Origin: an uncultured virus (IMG/VR IMGVR_UViG_3300047443_000138)
Taxonomy: Duplodnaviria > Heunggongvirae > Uroviricota > Caudoviricetes
DNA: 64,000 nt
Direction: 5' to 3' (one strand)
Virus record (IMG/VR): IMGVR_UViG_3300047443_000138
Shown: in pieces, positions 53,715 to 63,081 of the stretch
Numbering within the stretch: the stretch's first letter is position 1
Layout: every line of letters begins with the position of its first letter
Position numbers and translations under genes: made by a program
Notes under the pieces: model-generated
What the model was told of the DNA's origin: nothing
Database searches by the model: none
The model's input: the letters and a program-made list of their open reading frames with translations, nothing else

Positions 53715-55085
53715 TCAGCTGGACAGAGTGGTGGTGACGCGGGACAGCCGGCCGAGGAACTTCGGCGCGCGCACCGCAAGGCAGGTGTCCGACGCGATGG
53801 CAAACGGCAGCTGGTCGGGACCCGCGGTCGTGGGGTAGACATCCAAGGGCTGGAGCTCCCGAACATACGGCCGCACCACGAAGTTCTGGTCGCGGGCCAT
53901 CAGGTAGATGTTCTCCTGGCCCGTGGCCTGCGGCTTGACCGAGGCGTTGGTGCCGACGTAGGCCGCCGGGCCCTGCGCCGGGACGGTCGCACCGTTCTTC
54001 GGGGTGAGCTTGGCGCCGTCGTCGACGATGCTCGTGGTCAGGACCGGGGTGACGCCGTCTGCGGCGAGGCCGACCGTGGCGTCGACGTAGCCCAGCAGCG
54101 TCTCGGTGCCGGTCGCGGTGCTGCGGTACACCTTGTACAGGTTCGGCTGGGAGCCGTCGAGACCGGCCGGGGTGGAGAACGACAGAGTGACCGTCGACGT
54201 CGAGCCGGTGGTGACCTGGGAGACCTCGGTCGAAGGCAGCACCTCGCCCTGGCGGGCGATGACCGGGACGATCTGGTAGTAGTACGTCTGCGCGGCCAGG
54301 GTGCCGCCTGTGGTGGCGGTCGCCGTGGTGACGGTTCCCATGCCGAACGCGCGAGCCGACAGGAACGACGACTTGATGATCGGGACGTCCCGGTAGGTGG
54401 GGACGTTGAGGCCGCCCGCGACCTGGACCTTGTCGGAGAACCGCTGCTGCGCCTGCAGGAGCTGCGCGACCTTGGAGGCGGCGGTGGGGCTCATGACGAG
54501 CATCCACTGCTGGTCGTAGACGCCCATGGCGGACTGCTGCTCGACCATGTCGATGAGCTTGTCGAGGGCGCCGAGCGACATGGCGGCGTTGAAGTCGATC
54601 GCGTTCTGGCTGGTGCCGGAGAACGTCGACGCGAGGGAGTCGAGGCCGTCGAACTGCGGGTAGGCGCCCAGCGAGGTGGATGCGCTGTTTCCCCACAGGA
54701 TGGCGTTCTCGATGTCCCAGTACAGGCCCTGGATCGCGCCCTCGACTTCCTGTGCCTTCAGGTCGCCGATGAGGCCCTTGGTGACGGCCTGGGAGTAGCC
54801 GGTGACGGCGCCGACGGCCTGCATCTGCCGGATCGTGTACTGGTTCTGCACGTAGGTGCTGTTGGTGACGGCTCGGGCGCCGCCGTCGGTGACGAAGCCG
54901 CCGGAGGCCCTCGCCGTGCGCTGGTTGAAGTAGTAGACCGTCGAGTCCCACTTGCGGGTGGGGATGGCCCGCACGAGGGGGGCGTAGCGCCGCTGGTACT
55001 CCAGCAGCATCGGGTCGACGATCGTGGGGACGAGCGGGGCGGCACCGGATGCGGTCAGGGCCTCGCGGAGCTCGTTGGTGGTCAT
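53715..55085 (-). CDS. Major capsid protein (HK97-fold, SU10-like) with an inserted FN3/Ig-like domain
   Basis: G.VTG, IE.AILWG, QFDGL, YRDVPII.S, LAVRAPK; internal TYYYQI...LYKVYRS segment. Confidence 0.85.
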   Translation of the reverse strand: MTTNELREALTASGAAPLVPTIVDPMLLEYQRRYAPLVRAIPTRKWDSTVYYFNQRTARASGGFVTDGGARAVTNSTYVQNQYTIRQMQAVGAVTGYSQAVTKGLIGDLKAQEVEGAIQGLYWDIENAILWGNSASTSLGAYPQFDGLDSLASTFSGTSQNAIDFNAAMSLGALDKLIDMVEQQSAMGVYDQQWMLVMSPTAASKVAQLLQAQQRFSDKVQVAGGLNVPTYRDVPIIKSSFLSARAFGMGTVTTATATTGGTLAAQTYYYQIVPVIARQGEVLPSTEVSQVTTGSTSTVTLSFSTPAGLDGSQPNLYKVYRSTATGTETLLGYVDATVGLAADGVTPVLTTSIVDDGAKLTPKNGATVPAQGPAAYVGTNASVKPQATGQENIYLMARDQNFVVRPYVRELQPLDVYPTTAGPDQLPFAIASDTCLAVRAPKFLGRLSRVTTTLSS

Positions 55086-55226
55086 GGGGTGCCTCTTTCG
55101 GCAGGAAGGGGGAATGGCGAAGCCCCGCTCACAGGGGTGGCGGGGCTGGGCGACCATCACTGCCGAAGCGGCACCAGCGGCTGCTGGCGGTCAGGTGGTT
55201 CAGGGGGCGCCGGGCGACGTCGGGGG

Positions 55227-56981
55227 TTACTCGGCTTCGCCGCGGACCTTGAATACCGCGCCGGTGACGATCGGCGCGATGTGCTGGCGCCATTCGTCCT
55301 GCGTGTACTCGTGAAGCGGCTTCGCGGGGGCGCCTTCCGGCAGGCCCGGAGTGGCCGGCGCGGTGCCGTCGGTCTCGGTGACGCTGGCGACGAGGCCCTT
55401 GCGGGACGGGCCGCCGGTCGTCTCGACGTGCTCCTGGATCGCCTTCGGCAGTGCGGCGGCGACGCCTTCGGAGACGAGGCGGGCGATGCGCTGGTCCTCG
55501 GTCTCGGCGACCTCGGGGGCGGCCGGGGCGGCTTCGGCGACAGTCTCGGCCGGGGCGGACTCGGCCGCCGCAGGCTTCGGGGTCATCGCGGTGACGAACC
55601 CGGCGAGCGCATCGCTGAGCTTGTCGATCTTCTGGCCGAGGGCGTTGATGCCGTCGGTGCTTCCCGGGGTCTCGGCCGCCGGGGTGGTGGTGGACTCCGC
55701 CATGGCGGGCTCCGTTTCCTGGGTGGGGACGGCGGCCGGTGTCTCCGGCGCCGGGATCTGGGGGGCGGTCTCCATCGCGTCGTCGTCCTCGTCGTCGACC
55801 GTCTTACAGTGCATGCAGGACTCGCACTCGCACGGGCAGTTGCCGGGGGTCTCGGGGATGGCGCATCCGCAGCCGCACGGGCAGGTGGTGCCCGAGGCGG
55901 TCGCCGGTTCACCGTCGTCGTTCGGCTCGCCAGGGACGTCGACGTCGGCGTCCATGTCCGGGTCGAGGTTCGCCAGGGCGTGACAGGCGCCGTCCATGGC
56001 CGCGCGGCCGACGGCGTCGAGGTCGTGCGGGTCGAGGCTGTACGAGGTCACCGTCACGGTCGTCGGGCCGTTGGTAAGGGAGACGTAGAGGTTCCCGGCG
56101 TCCGCCGAGTCCATGCCCCAGCACTCGGCGAGCGCCTCAGTGACCGAGGCGGCCGGGTCGATGAGCCAGCCCTCAGCGGTCGCGACGGTCACGCCGAAGC
56201 CCTTCAGGGCCTTGGTGATCCGCTGCTTGATCCGCTTCAGCTGCGCGGACGTGTACAGGCGGGCGTTGTCAGCCTGGTTCACGTATGACCAGGCGCTTTT
56301 GGCGTGTTGCTTGGAATCGAGGGGGTACCGCTTCTTCTTGTCCTTCTGATACCCGGGATCGCCGTATGTGACGTCGCCGTAGGGCTTGGTGGAGTCGCCG
56401 CCCTTCGCGTCGGCCTCCGTGACGGTCGCTGTCACCAGCGCCTCCTGCACTGACTCGGTGATGAGCACCCGACCATCGGATGCAGACTCCGCCGGCGCCG
56501 TGCCCGCGGGGGTGAAGCTGTCGACGCGCGCGCCGACGACACCGGGCTTGCGCGTGAAGTCGAGGCCGTCGAGTTCGAGGTCGTCGGCCGTTTCGACGGG
56601 CGTGCCGTCGGGGCCCGGCTGACGCCGAACCTTGCCGACCCAGGCCCCGCGGATGGAGACGCCCTTGAGGAAAGCGGGGCCCTTGCGGGTGTCGACGAGG
56701 GACGCGATGTTGCGGGCCTCGTCGGTGTCGGCGAGGTCCGCGGTGTAGGCGGCGCTGCCGTCTTCGAGCTGGTTGATGCCGGTGAGCCGGCCGACGATCT
56801 GGGTGGAGTCGTCGTCTGCGGCGTGATGCGTCAGCATCGTCAGAGGCGCACCGTCCTCGTCGATGCGCTGCTGGGCTCGCTTCACCGCACGACCGATGGT
56901 TTCGGCGGTGTAGAGGCGGCCGTTGCGGGAGACGCCCGGGATGAGGGCGATGCCAGTGATGGTGCCAATGCGGGCGGCCAC
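55227..56981 (-). CDS. Prohead protease-scaffold fusion with a DUF6582-like domain
   Basis: SRNGRLY, H, GVSIRG, DF..KPG protease motifs; KRYPLD...AWSY...I..AL..FGV; acidic scaffold tail. Confidence 0.8.
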   Translation of the reverse strand: MAARIGTITGIALIPGVSRNGRLYTAETIGRAVKRAQQRIDEDGAPLTMLTHHAADDDSTQIVGRLTGINQLEDGSAAYTADLADTDEARNIASLVDTRKGPAFLKGVSIRGAWVGKVRRQPGPDGTPVETADDLELDGLDFTRKPGVVGARVDSFTPAGTAPAESASDGRVLITESVQEALVTATVTEADAKGGDSTKPYGDVTYGDPGYQKDKKKRYPLDSKQHAKSAWSYVNQADNARLYTSAQLKRIKQRITKALKGFGVTVATAEGWLIDPAASVTEALAECWGMDSADAGNLYVSLTNGPTTVTVTSYSLDPHDLDAVGRAAMDGACHALANLDPDMDADVDVPGEPNDDGEPATASGTTCPCGCGCAIPETPGNCPCECESCMHCKTVDDEDDDAMETAPQIPAPETPAAVPTQETEPAMAESTTTPAAETPGSTDGINALGQKIDKLSDALAGFVTAMTPKPAAAESAPAETVAEAAPAAPEVAETEDQRIARLVSEGVAAALPKAIQEHVETTGGPSRKGLVASVTETDGTAPATPGLPEGAPAKPLHEYTQDEWRQHIAPIVTGAVFKVRGEAE

Positions 56982-57000
56982 GCTGGGCCTCCTCTCGGGG

Positions 57001-58461
57001 TCAGGCGAACCAGGCGGCGAAGTGGGCCAGCGAGACGTCTGCGGCGTAGCAGCAGCGGCAGACGGGGTGGAGGGGCATTCGGGGCGCGTCGAGAATGTTC
57101 CACGGGCTTCCGGCCTCGGCGTCGATGCATGCAGGACAGACCCTGCCGTCGCCAGCCGAAATGATGTCGATCTTGAGGACGCCTTCGGAGCGGTAGAGGC
57201 TGAGGGCGCCTTCGTCGGCGGCGATGGTCATGGCCCAGTCGACGACGAACGCGACCGCGTCGACGTCGCTGCCGGTGAGGACGTCCATAGCCGCGTCGAT
57301 CATTTCGTCGCGGGTGGCGCCGTCTTCTGCGCCGTTGGCGAGGACTCTGCCGAGGTCTCCGGCCGCCCGGTCGATGGTGCGGCCGAGCCATCCGTCGGCA
57401 TTGCCCCATAGTTCATCGAGGCGTGCCAGCGACTGGTAGGCGTCGTGGAAAGCGATGTTCCAGTCGAGGCCGATCCGGCTGGCACGTTCGGCCGCGATCG
57501 CGACCGCGTTGACCATGCCTTCGGCGCGACCAGCAGCAATGGCGTCACGGATCGCGCCACGTAGGGCGGCCCAGCCTGCCAGGTCGGCGATGGCGTGGAG
57601 CATGGCCTTGGCGGCGGCGAGTGCTTCTGCGCGGATGCTGGACTTGTCGGGGTCCTGCGCTTCGGTGAGCCCGACGCGCTGCCGGAACCGGTCGACCATG
57701 GCGGCAACGGCGTCGCGGTCTATGAGCTGTCGCCATACGTCGGCGACGGCCTGGGTGTGCTTGGCCTGCTGCTCCTCGCGGCGTTGGAAGAGCAGCGCCC
57801 ACATCCCTTCGAGTTTCCCGAGGTCGATGGTGACTTCGAGGATGCGCGGGTCGTCGGCGTGCTCGACTGCGGTCTGGACGGCGGCGACGCTCGCGACCCG
57901 CACCCTCTCCGTCATCGGGCCGCCGGACACCGCCCATCCCGCGGCGAACGCTTCCCGGGCCGTGGCCGCGAGGGGGTGTTCGAGGGGCGTATCGGTGCGG
58001 TCGGTGCCGTGGACGGCTGCCAAGGCGGTGAATTCCACCGGCTGGGCGTCGAGGCGGTCGAGCGGGGAAGGGTCATCGGCTTCGAGGTAGGTAATGGTGA
58101 GGTGAGCGGTGTAGCCGTGATCCCGTGGGATCTCGATGCCCCGCTCAGTGAGCGCGTCCAGCGTGTCGCGGCGTAGGTCTTCAAGGTCGGCGGAGTCGAT
58201 GAGGGCGACGATGACGTCCTTGTCGCCCCCGGTGAAACGGGCCAGCCCGGAGAGCTGCGCCTCGATCGGCTTCCTGCCTGCCAGCTCTTCGACAACCTCG
58301 CGGAACTGATCGCCATCGATGTCGGCCGCGTCCCCGAGGTAGGCGACCGTGACGTGCATTTCTTCCGGCGGGAGACCGCCGTCGACCGCGAGCCCCTCGG
58401 CTACATCGGCGGGCGGGTAGAGAGCGATCATGCAGCCGTCGGAGTAGTCCGGAGACGCCAC
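57001..58461 (-). CDS. 2H phosphoesterase fused to a MuF-like minor head protein
   Basis: MHVTVAYLG and YTAHLTITY (two HxT motifs); C-terminal DGRVCPAC...P.HP.CRC. Confidence 0.85.
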   Translation of the reverse strand: MASPDYSDGCMIALYPPADVAEGLAVDGGLPPEEMHVTVAYLGDAADIDGDQFREVVEELAGRKPIEAQLSGLARFTGGDKDVIVALIDSADLEDLRRDTLDALTERGIEIPRDHGYTAHLTITYLEADDPSPLDRLDAQPVEFTALAAVHGTDRTDTPLEHPLAATAREAFAAGWAVSGGPMTERVRVASVAAVQTAVEHADDPRILEVTIDLGKLEGMWALLFQRREEQQAKHTQAVADVWRQLIDRDAVAAMVDRFRQRVGLTEAQDPDKSSIRAEALAAAKAMLHAIADLAGWAALRGAIRDAIAAGRAEGMVNAVAIAAERASRIGLDWNIAFHDAYQSLARLDELWGNADGWLGRTIDRAAGDLGRVLANGAEDGATRDEMIDAAMDVLTGSDVDAVAFVVDWAMTIAADEGALSLYRSEGVLKIDIISAGDGRVCPACIDAEAGSPWNILDAPRMPLHPVCRCCYAADVSLAHFAAWFA

Positions 58462-58477
58462 GCTCGCCTCCTGTCGG

Positions 58478-58585
58478 TCAGCCGATCCGCTTCTTGATGA
58501 GCGCCGCCACGTCTTTCGCCCGCAGTGGATGGTTCGGAGGATCCGGCAGGGGCCACAGCGGGCCCGGGTCAGGCGGCACGCTCAT
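58478..58585 (-). CDS. 35-aa ORF between portal and MuF
   Basis: GGGAGGT RBS, MSVPPDPGPLWPLPDPPNHPLRAKDVAALIKKRIG; fills the gap; not in the ORF track. Confidence 0.55.
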   Translation of the reverse strand: MSVPPDPGPLWPLPDPPNHPLRAKDVAALIKKRIG

Positions 58586-60137
58586 CGATACCTCCCGGCA
58601 GTCGGGCTAGGGCCTCCCGCAACCGCCGCTTGTATGCAGCTTGCAGGGACTCGACGGGCGGCGGTTCCTTTTCCGGATCCGCAGGCTCGGGCGGCTCCCC
58701 TGGGGGCGCCTTGCCCGCGAATGCCGCGAGCTGGGGTGGCACCGGTGCCGGTTCGGGTTTCTCCACGGTGACCGGTTCGCCGTGAGCCGGGTCGCCGGGC
58801 TCCAGGGCGGTCCCCTTGAGCTTGTTCGCGATGCCGGCCTTGGATGCGGCGTCCATGTCGGCCCATTTGACGAGGTTCTCGCGGTCGACGAGTACGGCTT
58901 GGTCGCCGCCGTCGACGGGGGGTTCGCCGATGTCGGCGCGGTAGCGGTCGAGGGTCCAGGAGCCGTTGCGGAGCCGCATGTCGCGGATCTTCTCGACGGT
59001 TTCGCTGTCGCGCATGTCGATGTCGCGGAACTTCAGCTTCCAGCCCTCGACGTCGAAGCCCAGCTTCGCGAGGTGGAAGTTGAGGGCTTCCAGGACGAGT
59101 TCAGCGATGGGCTGACACGTATTGATCATGAAGGTGCGGTCCTGGGCTTCCCCCGTACCGCCCCCCAGGTTCCCGGACTCGATGATGCCGACCTTCGCGG
59201 GCGGCACCCCATACGAGGCGATGATCTCGTCCCGCTTCTGATCCAAGTATTTCAGGTAGTCCATCGTCCGGGACTGCGCCAGCTCCTGAATCTGCGCGCC
59301 GCCCTTGGTGGAGATCGGCGTCCCGATGTTGCGGGGCCCGATGTTCCGCTGCTGGTACTGCGCATTCCACCGGTTGATGTCCGCCGTCGAGTTGGAGGCC
59401 GGGAAGTCGACGTGGATCTGCGGGGGCGCACCCTTGCGGAAAATCTCTTTGCTCGTGGCTGCGGCGAACAGCCACGCGGTGATCGGGAGCATCGCGGCCT
59501 GCGTCGGCGACACCCCGAACACGCTCGAACGGGGCGCGTCCAGCGAGATGTGGATGACCTCGCGCGGCTCGAACGTTGCCCGCTGCCCCGCATCCGTGAT
59601 CTGCACGTAGCTGGTCACGTTGCCGTGCTCGTCCGTGATCGGCAGCATGCTCGGGCAGTCCAGCGTGTACAACGCGACCGGCTGCTGGCCCAGCCACACG
59701 ACCTCGACGAACGCGTCACCGAAGACGAGGAGGTCGATGATGACGCCGCGGAGGATCTGCCGGATGTTCTCCCGCGGATTGCAGTAGCCGATCATCCGCT
59801 CGAGGAGCAGCACCTGCTCGGGCTTGTCAGGCTCCTGCTCGCTACCCTGCCCGTCGTCGGAGTCCCAGTCGGTGACCAGCCCGCCCGCGGTGATGGTGCG
59901 GGCAATGGCGTTGATGCTGGCCCACGCCCACGGGCAGGAGAGGTACGCCTCGTACAGGGACTGCAGCATGGAGCGGCGGTCCGTCTGGGTGGCGCCGCCG
60001 AGGCCCTGGTTGGACTCGGTGAGTCCGCCGGGGCCGATGCCGTAGACGTAGCCTTCCCGCTCCGGGAGCTTCGCCGGGGCAGTCTCCAGCACTTCAGCGC
60101 TGCCGGTCAGGCCCTGCCACCAGGTGCGTAGGCTCAC
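58569..60137 (-). CDS. Portal protein
   Basis: DLLVFGDAF, EVIHI, GVSP, YGVPP..G, T.D.YR..IG.PP..GGD. Confidence 0.93.
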   Translation of the reverse strand: MSLRTWWQGLTGSAEVLETAPAKLPEREGYVYGIGPGGLTESNQGLGGATQTDRRSMLQSLYEAYLSCPWAWASINAIARTITAGGLVTDWDSDDGQGSEQEPDKPEQVLLLERMIGYCNPRENIRQILRGVIIDLLVFGDAFVEVVWLGQQPVALYTLDCPSMLPITDEHGNVTSYVQITDAGQRATFEPREVIHISLDAPRSSVFGVSPTQAAMLPITAWLFAAATSKEIFRKGAPPQIHVDFPASNSTADINRWNAQYQQRNIGPRNIGTPISTKGGAQIQELAQSRTMDYLKYLDQKRDEIIASYGVPPAKVGIIESGNLGGGTGEAQDRTFMINTCQPIAELVLEALNFHLAKLGFDVEGWKLKFRDIDMRDSETVEKIRDMRLRNGSWTLDRYRADIGEPPVDGGDQAVLVDRENLVKWADMDAASKAGIANKLKGTALEPGDPAHGEPVTVEKPEPAPVPPQLAAFAGKAPPGEPPEPADPEKEPPPVESLQAAYKRRLREALARLPGGIDERAA

Positions 60138-61651
60138 GGGACTTCCACCGTCCCTCCTGGCCTCGGGCCCTCGTCATCGTCGAACCACCAGGCGTCGTCG
60201 GCGGGCGCGGTCTCGGTCGGCCGGTAGGCCATCGTCGGCCCGAGCGGCTTGAGCAGCTCGGTGGCGGGTTCTGCGGGCAGCTCGTCGAGGATGACGAGCT
60301 CGGGGCCAGCGCCGAGGTTGGAGAGGAGATAGCGGACAGCGTCGGCCGCGTGGTCGTCGGCCGTCGTGTCAGCGTCTTCCGGGTCGCCCTTCGTGGCGTG
60401 CGGCAGGTCCGACAGCTCGCGGTACAGCTCGGTGACGGTCGAGAAGATGTGAATCTTCGGGCAGGTCTCCCAGCCCTGCGCCCGGTGGTGCGGGCACGCC
60501 GGGGCATCCGCGAGGTAGGAACGGACCCGCTGCCAGCCGTTGACGCGAGAACCAGCCCCCTTGCCGGCGGGGGCGAGATGCACGCCGTTGTCGGCGTACA
60601 CCGAGGCGATGGGCTTGGCATCACCGCGGGTGGCCCACATGGCGTCGTCGGCGTACCGGACGGCAACGTGCTCGCCGGCGGCTTCGGCGGCGAGGATCTG
60701 CCGCGCCTGCTCGGCCTCGCCGACACCGCGCCGGTAGATCTCCCGGTAGATCCAGACCCGGCCGTCTTCGTCGACTGCAGCCCACAGGACTGCCCAGGGG
60801 GCGGCGAAGCCCCAGTCGATGCCGTTGTACCGCTTCCACGTGGCGGGCAGAGTGATCGGTTCGATGACGTGCCGGTCGCGCTTGACCTCGCTGAACATCA
60901 TTCCTGCGAACACATCCCAGTCGCCGTCGAGGAAGGCGGCCCGCAGTTTCTCCGGGAGGGCCTTGAGGTCTTGGGCGTACTCGGGGTTGACGTGGGGGTT
61001 GTCGCTGAGCTTGGACGGGATGAACCGCACGGTGCGTCCGCGCCCGTCGGTGATGACCTGCTTGCCGTAGTTGGTGGGCTTGATGTAGCGGGTTTTGACG
61101 GCGCCGTGGCCGGGGCCGCCGGGGTTGGTGCCGGAGCGGATACCGAGGACGGGAATGTCGCGGCGCCCTGAACGCAGGCGGGACTCGAGGAAGCTGCACA
61201 CGTCGGGCGGGGTGAGGGTCCGCTCGTCGAAGATGAGCAGCTGGTACTGGCCGCCCTGGCGTCGGGTGGCGTCCTGCACCGTCTCGGCATACCGGAACAT
61301 GATCAGGCTGCCGTTGGGGAACCGCAGCTCGTACTCGGTGCCGTTCCAACGGGCGCCGAGTTCCCTGGCGAAGTTCAGGTTCACCAGCTCGGCGATGAGC
61401 GACTCTTTCAGCTCGCCGTAAGTGCGGCGGAACGCGCCGACCCGCAGCCCCGGATACTGCATGCACTCGCGGATCGCGTGCGCGGTGAGCGCCCGGGACT
61501 TACCGCCACCGGCGGCTCCGCCGAACAGGACGTCGAACTCTGTCGCAGCGTGGAACTCGCGCTGCTTCGTGGTCGGTTCATAGCCGAGGTCGCCGAAGAT
61601 GTCCTTCGGCTCGAACGCTTTGGCGGCAAACTCGGCCCACGTGGCGGTCAT
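60134..61651 (-). CDS. terL: Terminase large subunit
   Basis: Walker A GGAAGGGKS, FDE, TNPGG.GH, DNPH, GIDWG, DHAADAVRY. Confidence 0.96.
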   Translation of the reverse strand: MTATWAEFAAKAFEPKDIFGDLGYEPTTKQREFHAATEFDVLFGGAAGGGKSRALTAHAIRECMQYPGLRVGAFRRTYGELKESLIAELVNLNFARELGARWNGTEYELRFPNGSLIMFRYAETVQDATRRQGGQYQLLIFDERTLTPPDVCSFLESRLRSGRRDIPVLGIRSGTNPGGPGHGAVKTRYIKPTNYGKQVITDGRGRTVRFIPSKLSDNPHVNPEYAQDLKALPEKLRAAFLDGDWDVFAGMMFSEVKRDRHVIEPITLPATWKRYNGIDWGFAAPWAVLWAAVDEDGRVWIYREIYRRGVGEAEQARQILAAEAAGEHVAVRYADDAMWATRGDAKPIASVYADNGVHLAPAGKGAGSRVNGWQRVRSYLADAPACPHHRAQGWETCPKIHIFSTVTELYRELSDLPHATKGDPEDADTTADDHAADAVRYLLSNLGAGPELVILDELPAEPATELLKPLGPTMAYRPTETAPADDAWWFDDDEGPRPGGTVEVP

Positions 61652-61666
61652 CAGCCGCCTCCCCGG

Positions 61667-62335
61667 TCAGGATGCGAGCGCCCGCAGATGACGCGGCACC
61701 ACCTCGGGCACGCGGGCCTGCTGCTCGGAATTGAGATTGAGATCAGCGAGGATCGCCCGAATGGCCTGAGCCACCAGTGAGCCCTGCTGCTCCGCCAGAT
61801 GAACTCGCCGCTCCTCGATGCCGGCCCGGATGGCTTCCGAGCAGACCTTCACCAGGTGGGTGCGTTCCTGCTGGTACAGCTTGAGCCAGACGTTCGGGAC
61901 GGCTTCCTCGGTGACGCCGCGGTCCTCGCCGCCGGACTTGCGGCGGGTAGTTCCCCACACGAGGCCGTTCTCGGCGTCAGCACCGGCGTCCTCGACGGTC
62001 TCGATCTCTTGGACGCGTTCCCGCAGCCAGGCCACGTGTCCGGCGGTCCACTGCACTTCTTCGAGGAGTGCCTCGGTCGCGGTTGTTTTGATCTTCCGGC
62101 CATACGTTTCCGCGAGTACTCGGGCCTTCTCTTCGGTGACGCGCCGTTCACCTGCCTTGATGCTCTGCGGTGCGGCGCCCCCGTGGTACCTGCAGACGTT
62201 CTGTCCGGCCATGGCGACGGCTCCGCACTGGCCGCTGGTTGTCTTTTTCCGTCCCCAGCAGCGTCGGTTGCCGTCCGGCCGGAACTCTTCGAAGCCCTCG
62301 GGAAGCTGCCGCCCGTGTCCTTGCTTGGGCATCAC
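61667..62335 (-). CDS. Terminase small subunit (HGG-motif Zn-finger type)
   Basis: C...C...CRYHGG; directly upstream of terL. Confidence 0.7.
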   Translation of the reverse strand: MMPKQGHGRQLPEGFEEFRPDGNRRCWGRKKTTSGQCGAVAMAGQNVCRYHGGAAPQSIKAGERRVTEEKARVLAETYGRKIKTTATEALLEEVQWTAGHVAWLRERVQEIETVEDAGADAENGLVWGTTRRKSGGEDRGVTEEAVPNVWLKLYQQERTHLVKVCSEAIRAGIEERRVHLAEQQGSLVAQAIRAILADLNLNSEQQARVPEVVPRHLRALAS

Positions 62336-62760
62336 GCGCCCCCCGTCACCCAGTGTTCGGGCAGCGGCGCCGCGGACTGTTCTTCCATGGGCGCGGGCGG
62401 GAGGGCTTCGGGCGTGCAGTCACAGCCGGGCAGGTCTGCCTCGTTCGGCGCGGTGCACGAGCTGGCGTGAGTAAGGGCAGCCGCGTCCATCGTGATGGCG
62501 TGGGGGCCGCAGGCGTACACGGTGCGGGTCGTGCCGTCGGCGGTCGGTGGCGGTCCGAACTCCGGCTCTGGCAGTTGCGGGTCAGCCAGGAGCCGGATCT
62601 GATCACGGCGATCCCGTTCGGCCTTTACGACCTCGGCGAGCTCGTCGTCGGTCGGCCGGCGCAGCCAGTTCACGATGGCAGGCTCAGCGCACAGGACGCA
62701 GGCGGGGCCGGACGCCGGCGGCGTGGGCTCGTTGACGGGCGGCATAGCCGGGAAGTCCAC
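62332..62760 (-). CDS. Zn-binding hypothetical protein
   Basis: AAGGGAG RBS before GTG; C..C, C..H, CDC. Confidence 0.65.
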   Translation of the reverse strand: MDFPAMPPVNEPTPPASGPACVLCAEPAIVNWLRRPTDDELAEVVKAERDRRDQIRLLADPQLPEPEFGPPPTADGTTRTVYACGPHAITMDAAALTHASSCTAPNEADLPGCDCTPEALPPAPMEEQSAAPLPEHWVTGGA

Positions 62761-62772
62761 GGCATCTCCCTT

Positions 62773-62920
62773 CAGGTGATGTTGAGCAGCCCGAACGGGA
62801 TGACGGGAATCTCTGGGTTGTCGGTGATCCGCACCCACATCGTGTACTGGCCTGCGGAAAGGGTCACGGTGCCGCCTGGTCCGACGAGGCAGTGGGCGAT
62901 GTAGGCGGTGCCGGGTGCGC
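62773..62920 (-). pseudogene. 5'-truncated gene fragment (beta-rich virion-protein-like C-terminus)
   Basis: PGTAYIAHCLVGPGGTVTLSAGQYTMWVRITDNPEIPVIPFGLLNIT* with no in-frame start upstream. Confidence 0.55.
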
Positions 62921-63067
62921 TGCGGCGATGTGCTGCTGAAGGACGTTGAGGTCCAGGACCGCCGTGACGGTGAACCGGTTGACGCTCGTCTGCTTGATCG
63001 GCGCAGTCAGCGGCGCGTCACAGACCGGGCAGGGCACTTGGATGCTGTTGCCGAGGGGAGACGCCAC
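62864..63067 (-). CDS. Small CxxC protein, C-terminus probably chimeric
   Basis: GGAGG RBS; CPVC...H...H then a low-complexity tail. Confidence 0.55.
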   Translation of the reverse strand: MASPLGNSIQVPCPVCDAPLTAPIKQTSVNRFTVTAVLDLNVLQQHIAAAHPAPPTSPTASSDQAAP

Positions 63068-63081
63068 GGTTCAACCTCCAC

